Assembly (NCBI GenBank): GCA_964016885.1
Contig: OZ024746.1
Span: forward strand, 99,448,001 to 99,512,000
Source: Eledone cirrhosa
Taxonomy: Eukaryota
DNA length: 64,000 bases
Direction: 5' to 3'
Every line of letters starts with the position of its first letter. The first letter of the stretch is position 1. The notes beneath the pieces are model-generated. The model made no database searches, was not told the DNA's origin, and saw only the letters and a list, made by a program, of their open reading frames with translations. Shown here one piece after another: positions 27,285-44,259 of this stretch. The translations under genes and the position numbers were made by a program.

Positions 27285-27596
27285 GGAGAAGCCATTGCCC
27301 CAGACGATGGCGAGAGAGATATGCTGAAACAGCTATTCCATTTCATGGTCCCGGCGTTGGCGTACAGGATGGAAAAGACATTGCCCCCACACGATGGCGA
27401 GGGAGACATGCTGAAAAATCCATTCCACCTCGAGGTCCTGGTTGACAGGATGGAAAAGACATTGCTCCAGGCGATGGCGAGAGAGATGTGCTGGAAAACA
27501 CATTCAACCTCGTGGTCCTGGCGTACAAGACGAATAGGACATTGCTCCAGATGATGGCGAGGGAGATGTGCTGGAACAACCATTTCACCTCGTGGA
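27285..27596. repeat. GC-rich diverged tandem repeat, ~80-87 bp unit, about 4 copies
   Basis: Recurrent CATTGCYCCAG..GATGGCGAGRGAGAYRTGCTG. Confidence 0.85.
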
Positions 27597-27611
27597 ACTT
27601 AGAGTTTACTC

Positions 27612-29620
27612 ATATTCACAGACACATTGATTCATACACACAAACTTTGATTTGACCCCGGTTCGAAGAAACATTGATTCAGAAACACACATACTTTAAT
27701 GTGACTCCTATTCACAGACACATAGATTCACACACTGGGACTTAGATTTGACTCCTGTTCACAGAGACATTGATTCAGACACAGGGACTTAGATTTTACT
27801 CCTGTTCACAGACACGTTGATTCACACACTGGGACTTAGATTTGACTCCTGTTCACAGAGACGTTGATTCACACACTGGGACTTAGATTTTACTCCTGTT
27901 CACAGACACGTTGATTCACACACAGGGACTTAGATTTGACTCCGGTTCACAGACACATTGATTCAGACACAGGGACTTAGATTTGACTCCGGTTCACAGA
28001 CACATTGATTCAGACACAGGGACTTAGATTTGACTCCTGTTCACAGACACATTGATTCACACACTGGGACTTAGATTTGACTCCTGTTCACAAAGACATT
28101 GATTCAGGCACAGGGACTTAGATTTGACTCCTGTTCACAGACACATAGATTCACACACTGGGACTTAGATTTGACTCCGGTTCACAGAGACATTGATTCA
28201 GACACAGGGACTTAGATTTTACTCCTGTTCACAGACACATAGATTCACACACTGGGACTTAGATTTGACTCCGGTTCACAGAGACATTGATTCAGACACA
28301 GGGACTTAGATTTTACTCCTGTTCACAGACACATAGATTCACACACTGGGACTTAGATTTGACTCCGGTTCATAGACACATTGATTCAGACACAGGGACT
28401 TAGATTTTACTCCTGTTCACAGACACGTTGATTCACACACAGGGACTTAGATTTGACTCCGGTTCACAGAGACATTGATTCAGACACAGGGACTTAGATT
28501 TTACTCCTGTTCACAGACACATAGATTCACACACTGGGACTTAGATTTGACTCCGGTTCATAGACACATTGATTCAGACACAGGGACTTAGATTTTACTC
28601 CTGTTCACAGACACGTTGATTCACACACAGGGACTTAGATTTGACTCCGGTTCACAGAGACATTGATTCAGACACAGGGACTTAGATTTTACTCCTGTTC
28701 ACAGACACATAGATTCACACACTGGGACTTAGATTTGACTCCGGTTCATAGACACATTGATTCAGACACAGGGACTTAGATTTTACTCCTGTTCACAGAC
28801 ACGTTGATTCACACACAGGGACTTAGATTTGACTCCGGTTCACAGAGACATTGATTCAGACACAGGGACTTAGATTTTACTCCTGTTCACAGACACGTTG
28901 ATTCACACACAGGGACTTAGATTTGACTCCGGTTCACAGAGACATTGATTCAGACACAGGGACTTACATTTGACTCCTGTTCACAGACACATTGATTCAC
29001 ACACAGGGACTTAGATTTGACTCCTGTTCACAAAGACATTGATTCAGGCACAGGGACTTAGATTTGACTCCTGTTCACAGACACGTGGATTCACACACAG
29101 GGACTTAGATTTGACTCCTGTTCACAGACACATTGATTCAGACACAGGGACTTAGATTTGACTCCTGTTCACAGACACATTGATTCAGACACAGGGACTT
29201 AGATTTGACTCCTGTTCACCGACACATTGATTCACACACTGGGACTTAGATTTGACTCCTGTTCACAGAGACATTGATTCAGACACTGGGACTTAGATTT
29301 GACTCCTGTTCATAGACACATTGATTCACACACAGGGACTTAGATTTGACTCCTGTTCACAGACACATTGATTCAGACACAGGGACTTAGATTTGACTCC
29401 TGTTCACAGACACATTGATTCAGACACAGGGACTTAGATTTGACTCCTGTTCACAGACACATTGATTCAGACACAGGGACTTAGATTTGACTCCTGTTCA
29501 CAGACACATTGATTCACACACAGGGACATAGATTTGACCCCTGTTCATAGACACATTGATTCAGGCACAGGGACTTAGATTTGACTTCTGTTCACAGACA
29601 CGTTGATTCACACACACACA
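27612..29620. repeat. 47-bp satellite, about 42 copies
   Basis: Unit GGGACTTAGATTTGACTCCTGTTCACAGACACATTGATTCAGACACA, with diverged units at both edges. Confidence 0.97.
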
Positions 29621-29967
29621 CAATTAGATTTCACACGTATTTAGAATGTAACAGGTGTTACAAAAAGACGTGTATACTTAAGGCGTTTGTAGGTCAACTC
29701 CGATAGTAGCATATGTATACATACACACACACAAACAAATATGTATATATATATATAATGTGTTTGTGTCTATGGGTGCATGTGTATGTATATATTCACA
29801 TATACTACTTTACTTACTGAATGTAAGCATAAATGTATGTACGTATGAATGGTAAAGTATAAATTTTCCATAATAGTATATTGATTTCGTATGGATCTGG
29901 GTGTGGAGCGACACGTATAAACATGGTGAATATAACCTTTGACATGTTTATATATGGTTATATATAT

Positions 29968-30112
<145 letters not shown>

Positions 30113-30113
30113 T

Positions 30114-30234
<121 letters not shown>

Positions 30235-30401
30235 ATACTTTGGGAGGGTCATGTTGCCAATAAGAAACACACGCACCAGTTGCTTTCACTTCAATTTATT
30301 ATATATTTATAAATTCATAAATTTACAAATCTACAAACTTATAAATTATAAATTTCTGGTTGGTTGGTTGGTTCCACAACCAGATAGTTGTTTATATATA
30401 T

Positions 30402-30446
30402 AGTCATAGTCCTTTCGTCACACACTCTGTGACCTCTTCAGTGACT
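30402..30446 (-). ncRNA. Minimal hammerhead ribozyme (PLE pLTR)
   Basis: agtca-CTGAAGA-gGTCACAgagtgTGTGAC-GAAA-ggac-TA-tgact. Confidence 0.8.
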
Positions 30447-30721
30447 GGGGATTCCTTTCTTCGTTTCTGTGCCTTTTCTTTCTTCTATCCTACGCCATTT
30501 TGTTTCTGTGTGTTGTGTGCTCAGTTTGCGCATGTGCCACATCCGGGTGTCTGTGTGTGTTTGTGTTCATTTTTCTATTTGTTTATTTATTTATTGTTGG
30601 TTGGTTGTTTGTTCTATGTGTGTGTGTGTGTTTTCATTTTGTCCTGTGTGTGTTTTCATTTTGTGTGTGTTTTCAATTGTAAGTTGTTTGTTCTATGTCT
30701 GTGTGTGTTTTCATTTTGTCC

Positions 30722-31472
30722 TTAATTGTAAGTTGTGATGTTGCTGTTCCACTCATATTTTCTATTTAATTTTGGTTTTAATTCTTTTATGCTTACTGCC
30801 TCTGTAATTTGCCTAAACATTGCGTCTTTTCTGTGCGTGGATTCTATTTTTATTTCTATGCTCTCTAATCTACCCCTGTGTTCTATCTTAGCATGTTGGT
30901 AGAGCACAGATGATTCTTTATTATCTTGGAGGTCTCGCCAGTGTTCATTTATTCGTTCCCCTATACTACGAGCTGTCTCACCTATGTACACTATATTTTT
31001 GTTTCTACATTGTCCTTCAGTACATCTTATGCTATACACTACATTTCTAGTTTTACAGTTAATATGGGGGCTTATTTTACAGGTTATACATTTCTTATCT
31101 ATACATGAGGGTCTTTGGAAAGGGTATGTCTTGCTAATAAGTGTTTTTACGGAGGTACCAGGTCTTTCTACTATCTTAATATTGAGATTATGTTTATTTA
31201 GGGCCCTTCTAAATTTGTAGGCTAGTTCGCCTCTAGGGGTTGTATTGATGAACATTACACTCTGGTATTTATTGCTATCATACCATGAGTTTATTCTATT
31301 GGCCTTGTTCCTAGTTCTTTCTATTCTATTCCAAAATTTGCTCCTATACAAGGGGCAGGTCCCATTTATGTCATTATTTACCATTTTTTCCCATTTGGTT
31401 CTGGCTCCTTTATACACTCTGATTCTATCTATCTGATTGTAGCCAGAGAACTGCATACGGTGGATGAAGTGT
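30722..31472 (-). pseudogene. PLE RT-thumb/linker + GIY-YIG endonuclease fragment (Neptune-like Cys linker, clade uncertain)
   Basis: SCIDKKCITC...NCKTRNVVYSIRC...YIGETARSIGERINEH...YQH...RQITEAVSI...LN. The first ~90 aa of the tracked ORF come from the inverted pLTR. Confidence 0.88.
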
Positions 31473-31660
31473 TGAACACACACACATAGAACAAACACAC
31501 AACCAACAATAAATAAATAAACAAATAGAAAAATGAACACAAACACACACAGACACCCGGATGTGGCACATGCGCAAACTGAGCACACAACACACACACA
31601 GAAACAAAATGGCGTAGGATAGAAGAAAGAAAAGGCACAGAAACGAAGAAAGGAATCCCC

Positions 31661-31705
31661 AGTCACTGAAGAGGTCACAGAGTGTGTGACGAAAGGACTA
31701 TGACT
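31661..31705 (+). ncRNA. Minimal hammerhead ribozyme (inverted pLTR copy)
   Basis: Identical to 30402-30446 on the opposite strand. Confidence 0.8.
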
Positions 31706-32007
31706 ATATATATAAACAACTATCTGGTTGTGGAACCAACCAACCAACCAGAAATTTATAATTTATAAGTTTGTAGATTTGTAAATTTATGAATTTATAA
31801 ATATATAATAAATTGAAGTGAAAGCAACTGGTGCGTGTGTTTCTTATTGGCAACATGACCCTCCCAAAGTATAACAATATCGGTTTCAACACACGATTTC
31901 AGATAAAGAATCTTGCTAAACAAATTCAGAAACGAAATATATATATATATATATATATAAGTGTGTGTGTGTGTGTGTGTCTGCCTATCATTGCATATTT
32001 ATATATA

Positions 32008-32460
32008 AGGTGGATTGTGAGTATCGGTAGAGCATAGGACACCATGCTTTACGGCATAGAGTTACGGCTCTTTACATTCTGAATTCAAATCCCTCAGAGG
32101 TTACCTTTGCTTTTCATCCTTACGAAGGGGATAAATTAAGGTACCAGTAACGCACTTGGGTTGATGTAATCTATTTGCCTATAGAAGAAATCAATATTTA
32201 CACAGTAGATTAGCAGTATCGGTGGAGCGTCGGACACCATGCTTTGCAGCATAGAGTTACGGCTCTTTACGTTCTGAGTTCAAATCACACTGAGGGTAGC
32301 TTTGGCTTTCCTCTTACGGAGTCAATAAAATAAAGTACCAGTAATAATTGTTAGCTGAGTGGTTAGAGAATTGGATTCACAATCGTGAGGTTGTGAGTTC
32401 GATTCCTGGACCGAGCGATGCGTTATGTCCTTGAGCAAGACACTTTATTTCACGTTGCTC
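32008..32460 (+). mobile_element. SINE cluster (two family A, one family B)
   Basis: Family B at 32352-32460 has tRNA A/B boxes plus CCTTGAGCAAGACACTTTATTTCAC. Confidence 0.75.
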
Positions 32461-32941
32461 CTTCTACCTGGAGTTGCGACCGATAGATAGTATTAGCAAT
32501 TGGAAAGACGAACGGAAACATTGTTTCCTCGGTACGATTTGACAAAAGTCGATCGACTGTCGATATGCCTAATTCAGAAATCATTATACATTTGTTTAAT
32601 TAAAGTTAATTCGAATTTTAACACCATCAGCACCGCCAATAGAGCTACCCACAATACCACGACCATCAACAAGTACAACAAAAACAGCTGCAACAACAAA
32701 TGGCACTAACTGAAACGCAGAAGTCCCCGCCATCGCATGCTTGTAATCATGTATCGATATGATGAAATCTTTATCCAGATTTCGTAAGAAATCAAGCTGT
32801 AATTTAAATAATATGCAGAGTTTAAGGCCTGGGAAATAGGTGACAGGTGATTGATCTAATTGTACTTTAACTGAAATAGACCAGAACTCAATGAAATAGT
32901 ATTACACACAGGCCCCCCAAAAATGACTCATAGATACGCGG

Positions 32942-32988
<47 letters not shown>

Positions 32989-33116
32989 CATACATATACA
33001 TGCATACATATATGTATATTTATTTTTATGCAGAAATAGCTTCTACAGGACTACAACTGTTTCTTTCGTATGAAATCATTACTTTCCTGGCTATATATAT
33101 ATATATATATAACATC

Positions 33117-33182
33117 GCTATCTGACGACCGATCCAGACTTATAATATTATCGTCTGTAATCCAGAAACCTTTGGTAATGGA
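33117..33182 (+). ncRNA. Hammerhead-like motif (stem II base decayed)
   Basis: ctat-CTGACGA-ccgatcCAGAC...GTCTGtaatcca-GAAA-cctttgg-TA-atgg, lying between TA tracts. Confidence 0.6.
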
Positions 33183-33651
33183 GTAGTTATATTTTGTGTT
33201 GTTCACGTTTCTAATTAAATATATATATATATAAGTGTGTGTGAATGTATATATATATGTAAGTATATATATATATATACATATGTATATATATATATAT
33301 GAGAGAGAGGGAGAAAGAGAGGGAGAGAGAGAGAGAGAGAATGAGAGAGATTGCTAAAGAGAGATAGAGGTGAGATATTAAATGGGAGACAGGCGATCAA
33401 TATTCAGCCGTTGTACAGGTGACCTTATGTTCAATAAAGCAGTTAAAGATACGATCAGTTAACCTGTATTCAGACATTCAGAGCCCAGGCTATGTGGCAC
33501 TTCTCTTCTCATTTTACCAGCTACCCTAACGCACGCCTGTGCACAGACACAAATACATACATACTTACATACTCCCATACATACATATACATACAAACAT
33601 ACATACATATATATATGTGTGCATGTTTGTGTATGTATATATGTGTGTAAG

Positions 33652-33690
<39 letters not shown>

Positions 33691-33693
33691 TAT

Positions 33694-34010
33694 CTAGTGG
33701 TTAGAGCATTGGGCTTGCAATCGAAAGGTTGTGAGTTCAATTCTCAGACCAGGTGATGTGTTGTTTCCTTGAGCAAGACACTTTATTTCACATTGCTCCA
33801 GTTTACTCAGCTGTAGAAATGAGATGATAGGGACTGGGGTCCCTATCATTCCACTGCAAAGTGGTCCTGGAGGTGCCACGGCAAAAAGCACCCAGCACTC
33901 ACTGTAAATGAGGTTGGTGTTAGGAAGGGCATCCAGCTGTAGAAATCAAGCCACAATCAGTTCCCGTCCCACCCTTGCAAGCAGGGAAAAAGCGTACGTA
34001 ACATGAAATG
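33694..34010 (+). mobile_element. SINE family B
   Basis: CTAGTGGTTAGAGC...GAGTTCAATTCTC...CCTTGAGCAAGACAC, tail GGAAGGGCATCCAGCTGTAGAAA and an (ATG)n end. Confidence 0.75.
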
Positions 34011-34022
34011 ATGATGATGATG

Positions 34023-36840
<2,818 letters not shown>

Positions 36841-36841
<1 letters not shown>

Positions 36842-37042
36842 GAGTCCTAGGTTCAATCAGGGGTAACTACAGTAAGTAAGGTACTCTTTACATTACCAGA
36901 GTATAAACACCATGTTTAATATAGAAATGGCTTCTACAGGACAAGAACTGTTTCATCCAAACGAAATCATCAGGGAATCCTGATGTTTTCGTTTGAAGGA
37001 AACAGTCCTAGTCCTGTAGACGACATTTCTATATTAAACATG
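36841..37042. repeat. Fold-back insert with decayed hammerhead cores
   Basis: Arms ~36911-36972 and 36978-37042. The minus strand reads CTGATGA-tttcgtttggat-GAAA-cagttc. Relatives lie at 33032-33090 and 55895-55997. Confidence 0.7.
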
Positions 37043-37059
37043 GCACACACACACACATT

Positions 37060-37113
<54 letters not shown>

Positions 37114-37157
37114 TATAAATTATATATATATATATAATATATATATATTATAATTCA

Positions 37158-37321
37158 GGGCGGTGGATTGAAAGTATCGGTAGAGGGTCGGACGCCATGC
37201 TTTCTAGCAGAGTTATGTCCCTTTATGGTCTGAGTTCAAATCCAGGCGAGGTTAACTTTGCCTTTCATCCTTACGGATGAACTGGGGTAATTGCTGGCCT
37301 TGTGCCAAAGTAGAAACAATT
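37158..37321 (+). mobile_element. SINE family A (internally deleted)
   Basis: Head plus partial core and tail. Confidence 0.75.
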
Positions 37322-37329
37322 ACAATCTA

Positions 37330-38160
37330 GGATTATCACGCTGACAATAAAAACACACCTGTTGGTTTTCAGTTCAATTTATTATGAATTTCCAGTTGGT
37401 TGGTTTAATAAACGGATGGTTATTTATTTGTTGTCAAAGCTCTTTCATCACACATTATGTGACCTCCTCAGTGACTAATTTCTTACTTTGTGTCCCTCCT
37501 TTGTTCTGTCCTACATCATCTTGTTCTTGTGTGCTGCGTACTTGGGTTGCGCATGCGTTATATCCATATGTATGTGTGTGTCTATTTATTTATTTATTTA
37601 TACGTTTATTTATTTGTCACTAGTTGGTTGTTTGTTCTATGTGTGTGTGCTTGGTTTATTTTATTAGTTTGGTTGTTGTGTGTCTCTGTGTGTCTTCATT
37701 TTGTCCTTAATTACTAGTTGTGATGTTGCTATTCCACTCTTGTTTTCTGTTTAATTTTTCTTGCACTTCGTATATGCTTGTGGCATCTGTAATCTGTCTG
37801 AGCATTGCATTTTTTCTGTATGTGGATATGATCTTTCTTCTATGTTCTCTTGTGTGCCCCTATGTTCTATTTTTCGCATGTTGGTGGAATACTGATGAGT
37901 TTTTTCCATCCTGGAGTTCTCGCCAGTGTTCACTTATCCTATGCTACGGACCGTCTCACCTATGTAAATTTTGTTTTTATTCCTACACTGTCCCTCCTTA
38001 CATCTTATGCTATATACTACGTTCTCAGTTTTGCAGTTAAGGAATTAATTCGCAGACTATATATTTCCTATCAGTGCAGGTTTTTGTTTTCAAAAGGATA
38101 TGTTCAACTAATTAGGGTCTTTATGGGAATACCTGGTTTTTCAACTATTTTTCTAAATCA
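37330..38160 (-). mobile_element. Older, decayed copy of the 30-32 kb PLE family (EN + pLTR)
   Basis: Colinear with 30250-31180, with frameshifts. Hammerhead at 37433-37475 (gtca-CTGAGGA-ggtcacataatgtgtgat-GAAA-gagc-TT-tgac). Confidence 0.85.
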
Positions 38161-38268
38161 GAAACCATTATTAATAAACAGATTAATGTACAATTGATGG
38201 AAAATAAACGTAAAAAAAAAAAAGAGAAAGGAATTATATTAAAGTGAGAAATAATGAGTGGTACTTAC

Positions 38269-38392
38269 AACAGCCACAGCATGGGAAGAATTGATTTCCT
38301 CTTTAGACATAACACTGAAATATCCAACATTGGTGAGTACGTAACAAACTGTTGTGAGTGGAATGCCAATAATGATGGATAGTGGTAAGTCT
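38269..38392 (-). CDS. SLC7 amino-acid transporter, internal exon (124 bp)
   Basis: tttcag|[42 protein letters not shown]|gtaagt. Matches the LAT-family segment RNLPLAI...AVAV. Phase 2 to 0. Confidence 0.95.
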
Positions 38393-38729
38393 CTGAAAGA
38401 AAGGAAAAATCCATTACAGAATATTGTCAATCAGTCATGGGCAAACCGCGGCCCGCAAGTCACATACAGCCCCTTTGGCTTTCTAAATGATACACCTAAT
38501 TTCAAAAATTGCCTTGAATTTTTAGTAGTGTGACCCGCCTTGTGAAAAACCACATCCTATGTGTCCCACTTGCTCGAACAATGTTGGGCATGTCTGATTT
38601 AGATCATGTGGTTAGATAACGGGCAAAATCAGCAGGTAGATAAACGTGTAATGGGTTGATAGACATGGCTAAAGATATTTTAGCGATATAAAATCTCCAG
38701 TGTTTCTTTTCTGATTTTTTAAAAATATT

Positions 38730-38940
38730 TTGTCCCAAGTGGGACTAGCCGAGCTCATGGATGTTATCCAACCATCATGCCCGGGGTCTACCACTGGGTC
38801 TCCTGCCGGTTGGTTTTCCCGTAAAATATGTCCAGTGATTCTTTCCTGAAATATTCTAACCACATGCCCATAGCCTCGGAGCTGTGATCTCTCAATTCGG
38901 AGTAGTGGCTCTACTTGGAGTAACTCTCTGATCTCCTGAG
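38730..38940 (-). mobile_element. RTE LINE 3' fragment continuous with the 90-bp array
   Basis: RIERSQLRGYGHVVRIFQERITGHILRE..., homologous to 24520-24720. Confidence 0.85.
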
Positions 38941-41180
38941 ACATTCTAACCACATGTCCATAGTATCAGAGCTGTGATCTCTCAATTCGGAGTAGTGGCT
39001 CTACTTGGAGTGACTCTCTGATCTCCTGAGACATTCTAACCACATGTCCATAGTATCAGAGCTGTGATCTCTCAATTCGGAGTAGTGGCTCTACTTGGAG
39101 TGACTCTCTGATCTCCTGAGACATTCTAACCACATGTCCATAGTATCAGAGCTGTGATCTCTCAATTCGGAGTAGTGGCTCTACTTGGAGTGACTCTCTG
39201 ATCTCCTGAGACATTCTAACCACATGTCCATAGTATCAGAGCTGTGATCTCTCAATTCGGAGTAGTGGCTCTACTTGGAGTAACTCTCTGATCTCCTGAG
39301 ACATTCTAACCACATGTCCATAGTATCAGAGCTGTGGTCTCTCAATTCGGAGTAGTGGCTCTACTTGGAGTAACTCTCTGATCTCCTGAGACATTCTAAC
39401 CACATGTCCATAGTATCAGAGCTGTGGTCTCTCAATTCGGAGTAGTGGCTCTACTTGGAGTAACTCTCTGATCTCCTGAGACATTCTAACCACATGTCCA
39501 TAGTATCAGAGCTGTGGACTCTCAATTCGGAGTAGTGGCTCTACTTGGAGTAACTCTCTGATCTCCTGAGACATTCTAACCACATGTCCATAGTATCAGA
39601 GCTGTGGTCTCTCAATTCGGAGTAGTGGCTCTACTTGGAGTAACTCTCTGATCTCCTGAGACATTCTAACCACATGTCCATAGTATCAGAGCTGTGGTCT
39701 CTCAATTCGGAGTAGTGGCTCTACTTGGAGTAACTCTCTGATCTCCTGAGACATTCTAACCACATGTCCATAGTATCAGAGCTGTGGTCTCTCAATTCGG
39801 AGTAGTGGCTCTACTTGGAGTAACTCTCTGATCTCCTGAGACATTCTAACCACATGTCCATAGTATCAGAGCTGTGGACTCTCAATTCGGAGTAGTGGCT
39901 CTACTTGGAGTAACTCTCTGATCTCCTGAGACATTCTAACCACATGTCCATAGTATCAGAGCTGTGGTCTCTCAATTCGGAGTAGTGGCTCTACTTGGAG
40001 TAACTCTCTGATCTCCTGAGACATTCTAACCACATGTCCATAGTATCAGAGCTGTGGTCTCTCAATTCGGAGTAGTGGCTCTACTTGGAGTAACTCTCTG
40101 ATCTCCTGAGACATTCTAACCACATGTCCATAGTATCAGAGCTGTGGACTCTCAATTCGGAGTAGTGGCTCTACTTGGAGTAACTCTCTGATCTCCTGAG
40201 ACATTCTAACCACATGTCCATAGTATCAGAGCTGTGGTCTCTCAATTCGGAGTAGTGGCTCTACTTGGAGTAACTCTCTGATCTCCTGAGACATTCTAAC
40301 CACATGTCCATAGTATCAGAGCTGTGGTCTCTCAATTCGGAGTAGTGGCTCTACTTGGAGTAACTCTCTGATCTCCTGAGACATTCTAACCACATGTCCA
40401 TAGTATCAGAGCTGTGGTCTCTCAATTCGGAGTAGTGGCTCTACTTGGAGTAACTCTCTGATCTCCTGAGACATTCTAACCACATGTCCATAGTATCAGA
40501 GCTGTGGTCTCTCAATTCGGAGTAGTGGCTCTACTTGGAGTAACTCTCTGATCTCCTGAGACATTCTAACCACATGTCCATACTATCAGAGCTGTGGTCT
40601 CTCAAATCGGAGTAGTGGCTCTACTTGGAGTAACTCTCTGATCTCCTGAGACATTCTAACCACATGTCCATAGTATCAGAGCTGTGATCTCTCAATTCGA
40701 AGTAGTGGCTCTACTTGGAGTGACTCTCTGATCTCCTGAGACATTCTAACCACATGTCCATAGTATCAGAGCTGTGATCTCTCAATTCGAAGTAGTGGCT
40801 CTACTTGGAGTGACTCTCTGATCTCCTGAGACATTGTAACCACATGTCCATAGTATCAGAGCTGTGGACTCTCAATTCGGAGAAGTAGCAGCTCTACTTG
40901 GAGTGACTCTCTGATCTCCTGAGACATTGTAACCACATGTCCATAGTATCAGAGCTGTGGTCTCTCAATTCGGAGAAGTAGCAGCTCTACTTGGAGTGAC
41001 TCTCTGATCTCCTGAGACATTGTAACCACATGTCCATAGTATCAGAGCTGTGGTCTCTCAATTCGGAGAAGTAGCAGCTCTACCTGGGGTGACTCTCTGA
41101 TCTCCTGAGACATTGTAACCACATGTCCATAGTATCAGAGCTGTGATCTCTCAATTCGAAGTAGTGGCTCTACCTGGAGT
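38855..41180. repeat. 90-bp satellite (~25-26 copies) derived from RTE coding sequence
   Basis: Unit ACATTCTAACCACATGTCCATAGTATCAGAGCTGTGGTCTCTCAATTCGGAGTAGTGGCTCTACTTGGAGTAACTCTCTGATCTCCTGAG. Confidence 0.97.
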
Positions 41181-42047
41181 GGTTCTTGGGATTGGATATT
41201 TCATACCAGAAATAAAAAATAACACTCGATGTTTATATATCGTTCCTGCAATGTATATATCAGAGCTGTGACCCTGGCAGAATAGGACATATTGATTTCT
41301 TTTTTGGGGGGAGGGGGGAGGGGGTTATAACATCAATAACTTGATGAAGCTGGTGATGGACTACGTCAGTGAGCGAAGCTTCAATCAAAGTTAGTGAAAC
41401 CTGACAAAGCTCCCTGCATTTATTATTAGCAGTCTTTAGTTCAACACTTTATTAACTGAATTGTCTGGGACACCCAATATCGCTTTCTAACGGATAAGAT
41501 ATATTAGCGCAATATATTAACTATGTGTGTGCAAGTCCGTATATGAGAAGGTCACTGATATAAAACCTGTGACTTTGTTTACATCCAATGTTGTAGACCA
41601 GTTCTACTTTTGGGGTAACTTCATTTGATGTTCAGGGAGTTGGATTGGCCCCGTGCAAAGCCTTTCCTCACAGGCATCGCTTGATATATGGCATTTTTGC
41701 TATGCCTAACATTGCAGGACTATAAAGCCACATCTGTGATACTCATGCTTAAGTATCAAGCGATGGCATTACATGAAATGCAGCCATCATAAAACCTGCG
41801 GCTCAGTAGTTACCGATGATGTTGATCTTTTTTTCTTTTCGGGTTATAGCTACTGTTGCTCAGAGAGTGGGATTGGCTCAGTGCACAGTCTTTCCCCACT
41901 TTAAAAAACATCTTCACGCACAAGCATTGTTATATCATGCAATGGCCATACTCGATAACGAAGGGCAACCATCATCATGTATGTATGTATGTATGTATGT
42001 ATGTATGTATGTATGTATGTATGTATGTATGTATGTATGTATGTATG

Positions 42048-42103
<56 letters not shown>

Positions 42104-42610
42104 TGTGTGTGTGTGCGTGCGTGTGTGTGTGCGTGCGTGCGTGTGAGGTATATATTTTGCGTTATTTCTACTGTGTTTGATGTATGCTTTAATTTTCGTT
42201 TCTCAGTTCCGTTCTGATATAAATATCTGTAGTATCGTTCTTTTTGTCACATTTGATTGTAATGGCTTCATGAAGCTTAACTATGGAACGTAATCAGAGA
42301 AATAATTAAAAACTGTTTTGCATAATGAAACATTTTCGAATGTTACACTTTCAGCATCTTTAAATATGGAAAGAAATGGAAGACATAATTGGAACCTGTA
42401 ACATGAAACAACCCAAATCGACATCATCCTTTAGTCTAATATTATAAACCAATTCTCACTCAAATGATCTCAAAGTTTAACAAAATGTGTAAAAACTAAT
42501 CAAGTTTAATGTTAAATGACAATAGTCCCTTATAATTAAAATAGCTCAACTAAAAAAATTTTCAGACCCTTATATTATAATATAATAAAGAGAGACAAAT
42601 ACATACATAC

Positions 42611-42751
<141 letters not shown>

Positions 42752-42791
42752 AATTAAAATAGAGAAATTAATGTGAGCAAGAAGCCAACAG

Positions 42792-42899
42792 TATACATAT
42801 ATGCGTTCAAATGACAAGGGACCTAAACCGCTAGGATGAAGAAAATACTAAGAACAATACGGTTTAGGTCCCTTGTGATTTGAACGCATATATGTATAT
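42792..42899. repeat. Fold-back (~39-bp arms) next to (TA)n
   Basis: TATACATATATGCGTTCAAATGACAAGGGACCTAAACCG is inverted at ~42860-42899. The family also occurs at 56640-56820 and 42520-42600. Confidence 0.85.
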
Positions 42900-43168
42900 A
42901 TCTGTCTCTATTATATTATATGAATATGTATATAAATAAATTTATCTGTTATAATGAGGAATCTGATTGATTCTGTACAGACTCTGTAATTAAGAGGTGA
43001 GTTTCTTGCCTCATCCAATACTCAGAGTATGACATGCTATAAAGATACTAAATACTCCTCTTGTTTGATAATGTCCGCCTGGTTTCCCAGTACATGAGGA
43101 GAGTCGACATTGTCATTACTGGAATGGCTTTGATGATAGGCATCCTCCAATATGTCTGATGTCTTGCT

Positions 43169-43572
43169 ACACAACAACTGCAACACAGCAACAACAACAA
43201 CAACACAGCAGCAACAACAACACAACAACAACAGCAACAACGACAACACAACTACAACAATAACAACAACACAACTACAGCACAGCAACAACAACCCAAT
43301 AACACAACTACAACAACAACAACAACAACAACCCAACAACACAACTACAACAACAACAGAACAACACAGCAACAACAACAACCATCAACAACACAGCAAT
43401 AACAACAACACTATACAACAACAACACATCAACACAACAACAACAACAATACAACAGCAACAACAACACAACAACAACAACAACACAACAACAATAACAA
43501 CACAGAAACGACAACAACAACAACAAGACAACAACAATAACAATAACAAAGAAACAACAACAACAACCAGCA
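43169..43572. repeat. Degenerate (CAA)n tract
   Basis: Expanded CAA tail of a decayed interspersed repeat (relatives at ~25085-25190 and ~51540-51615). Confidence 0.9.
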
Positions 43573-44124
43573 ATGACGTGAGGTATACTAACAGCTCTTC
43601 AACTAGGAATTTGTCACATGGATTTATTGCAATGACAGCTTTTTAATGAAAGTACGAAGGCACCTGCAGCATCACTCTAAATAGTATAAATAGTTGAAAT
43701 TGTTAATTATTGCCAATTAACATTTGATTAGTCACATGACACACAAGAGAGAACTAATCACCACAAAGTTATTTCAAACGGTCAGTAATGGTAGAAATAT
43801 CACGTAATTGAAAGATGTTTCATGTCAATTCTCGGTGGAACAATGAACTTCTTTAAATGTCAAAACAAAATGATAATATTTACACGGATTTGTTATAAAA
43901 TATTGCAATGGCGCCTTCTAACTTGCTCTTTCTCTCCCCCTCTCTGTTCTATATGATATCCTCAGACTTAAATGTCACACAAATTATTTTTAATTATGTC
44001 GGTGGAGGGAAGAATTAGATAGGTTTGTAAACTGAAGACATTTAGTGTAAAAGAGGCGCTAACATCTAAAACTGTATTGATGTGTGTTCGTGTAAGTGTG
44101 TGTTTATGTATATATGTATATATG

Positions 44125-44222
<98 letters not shown>

Positions 44223-44259
44223 ATTAAATAAATGGAAACTATATTTATAAAACCATATT

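Noticed and set aside
43152-43646. Poly-Q/T/N protein ORF
   Set aside because: It is a degenerate (CAA)n tail of an interspersed repeat, with no domain or splice support.
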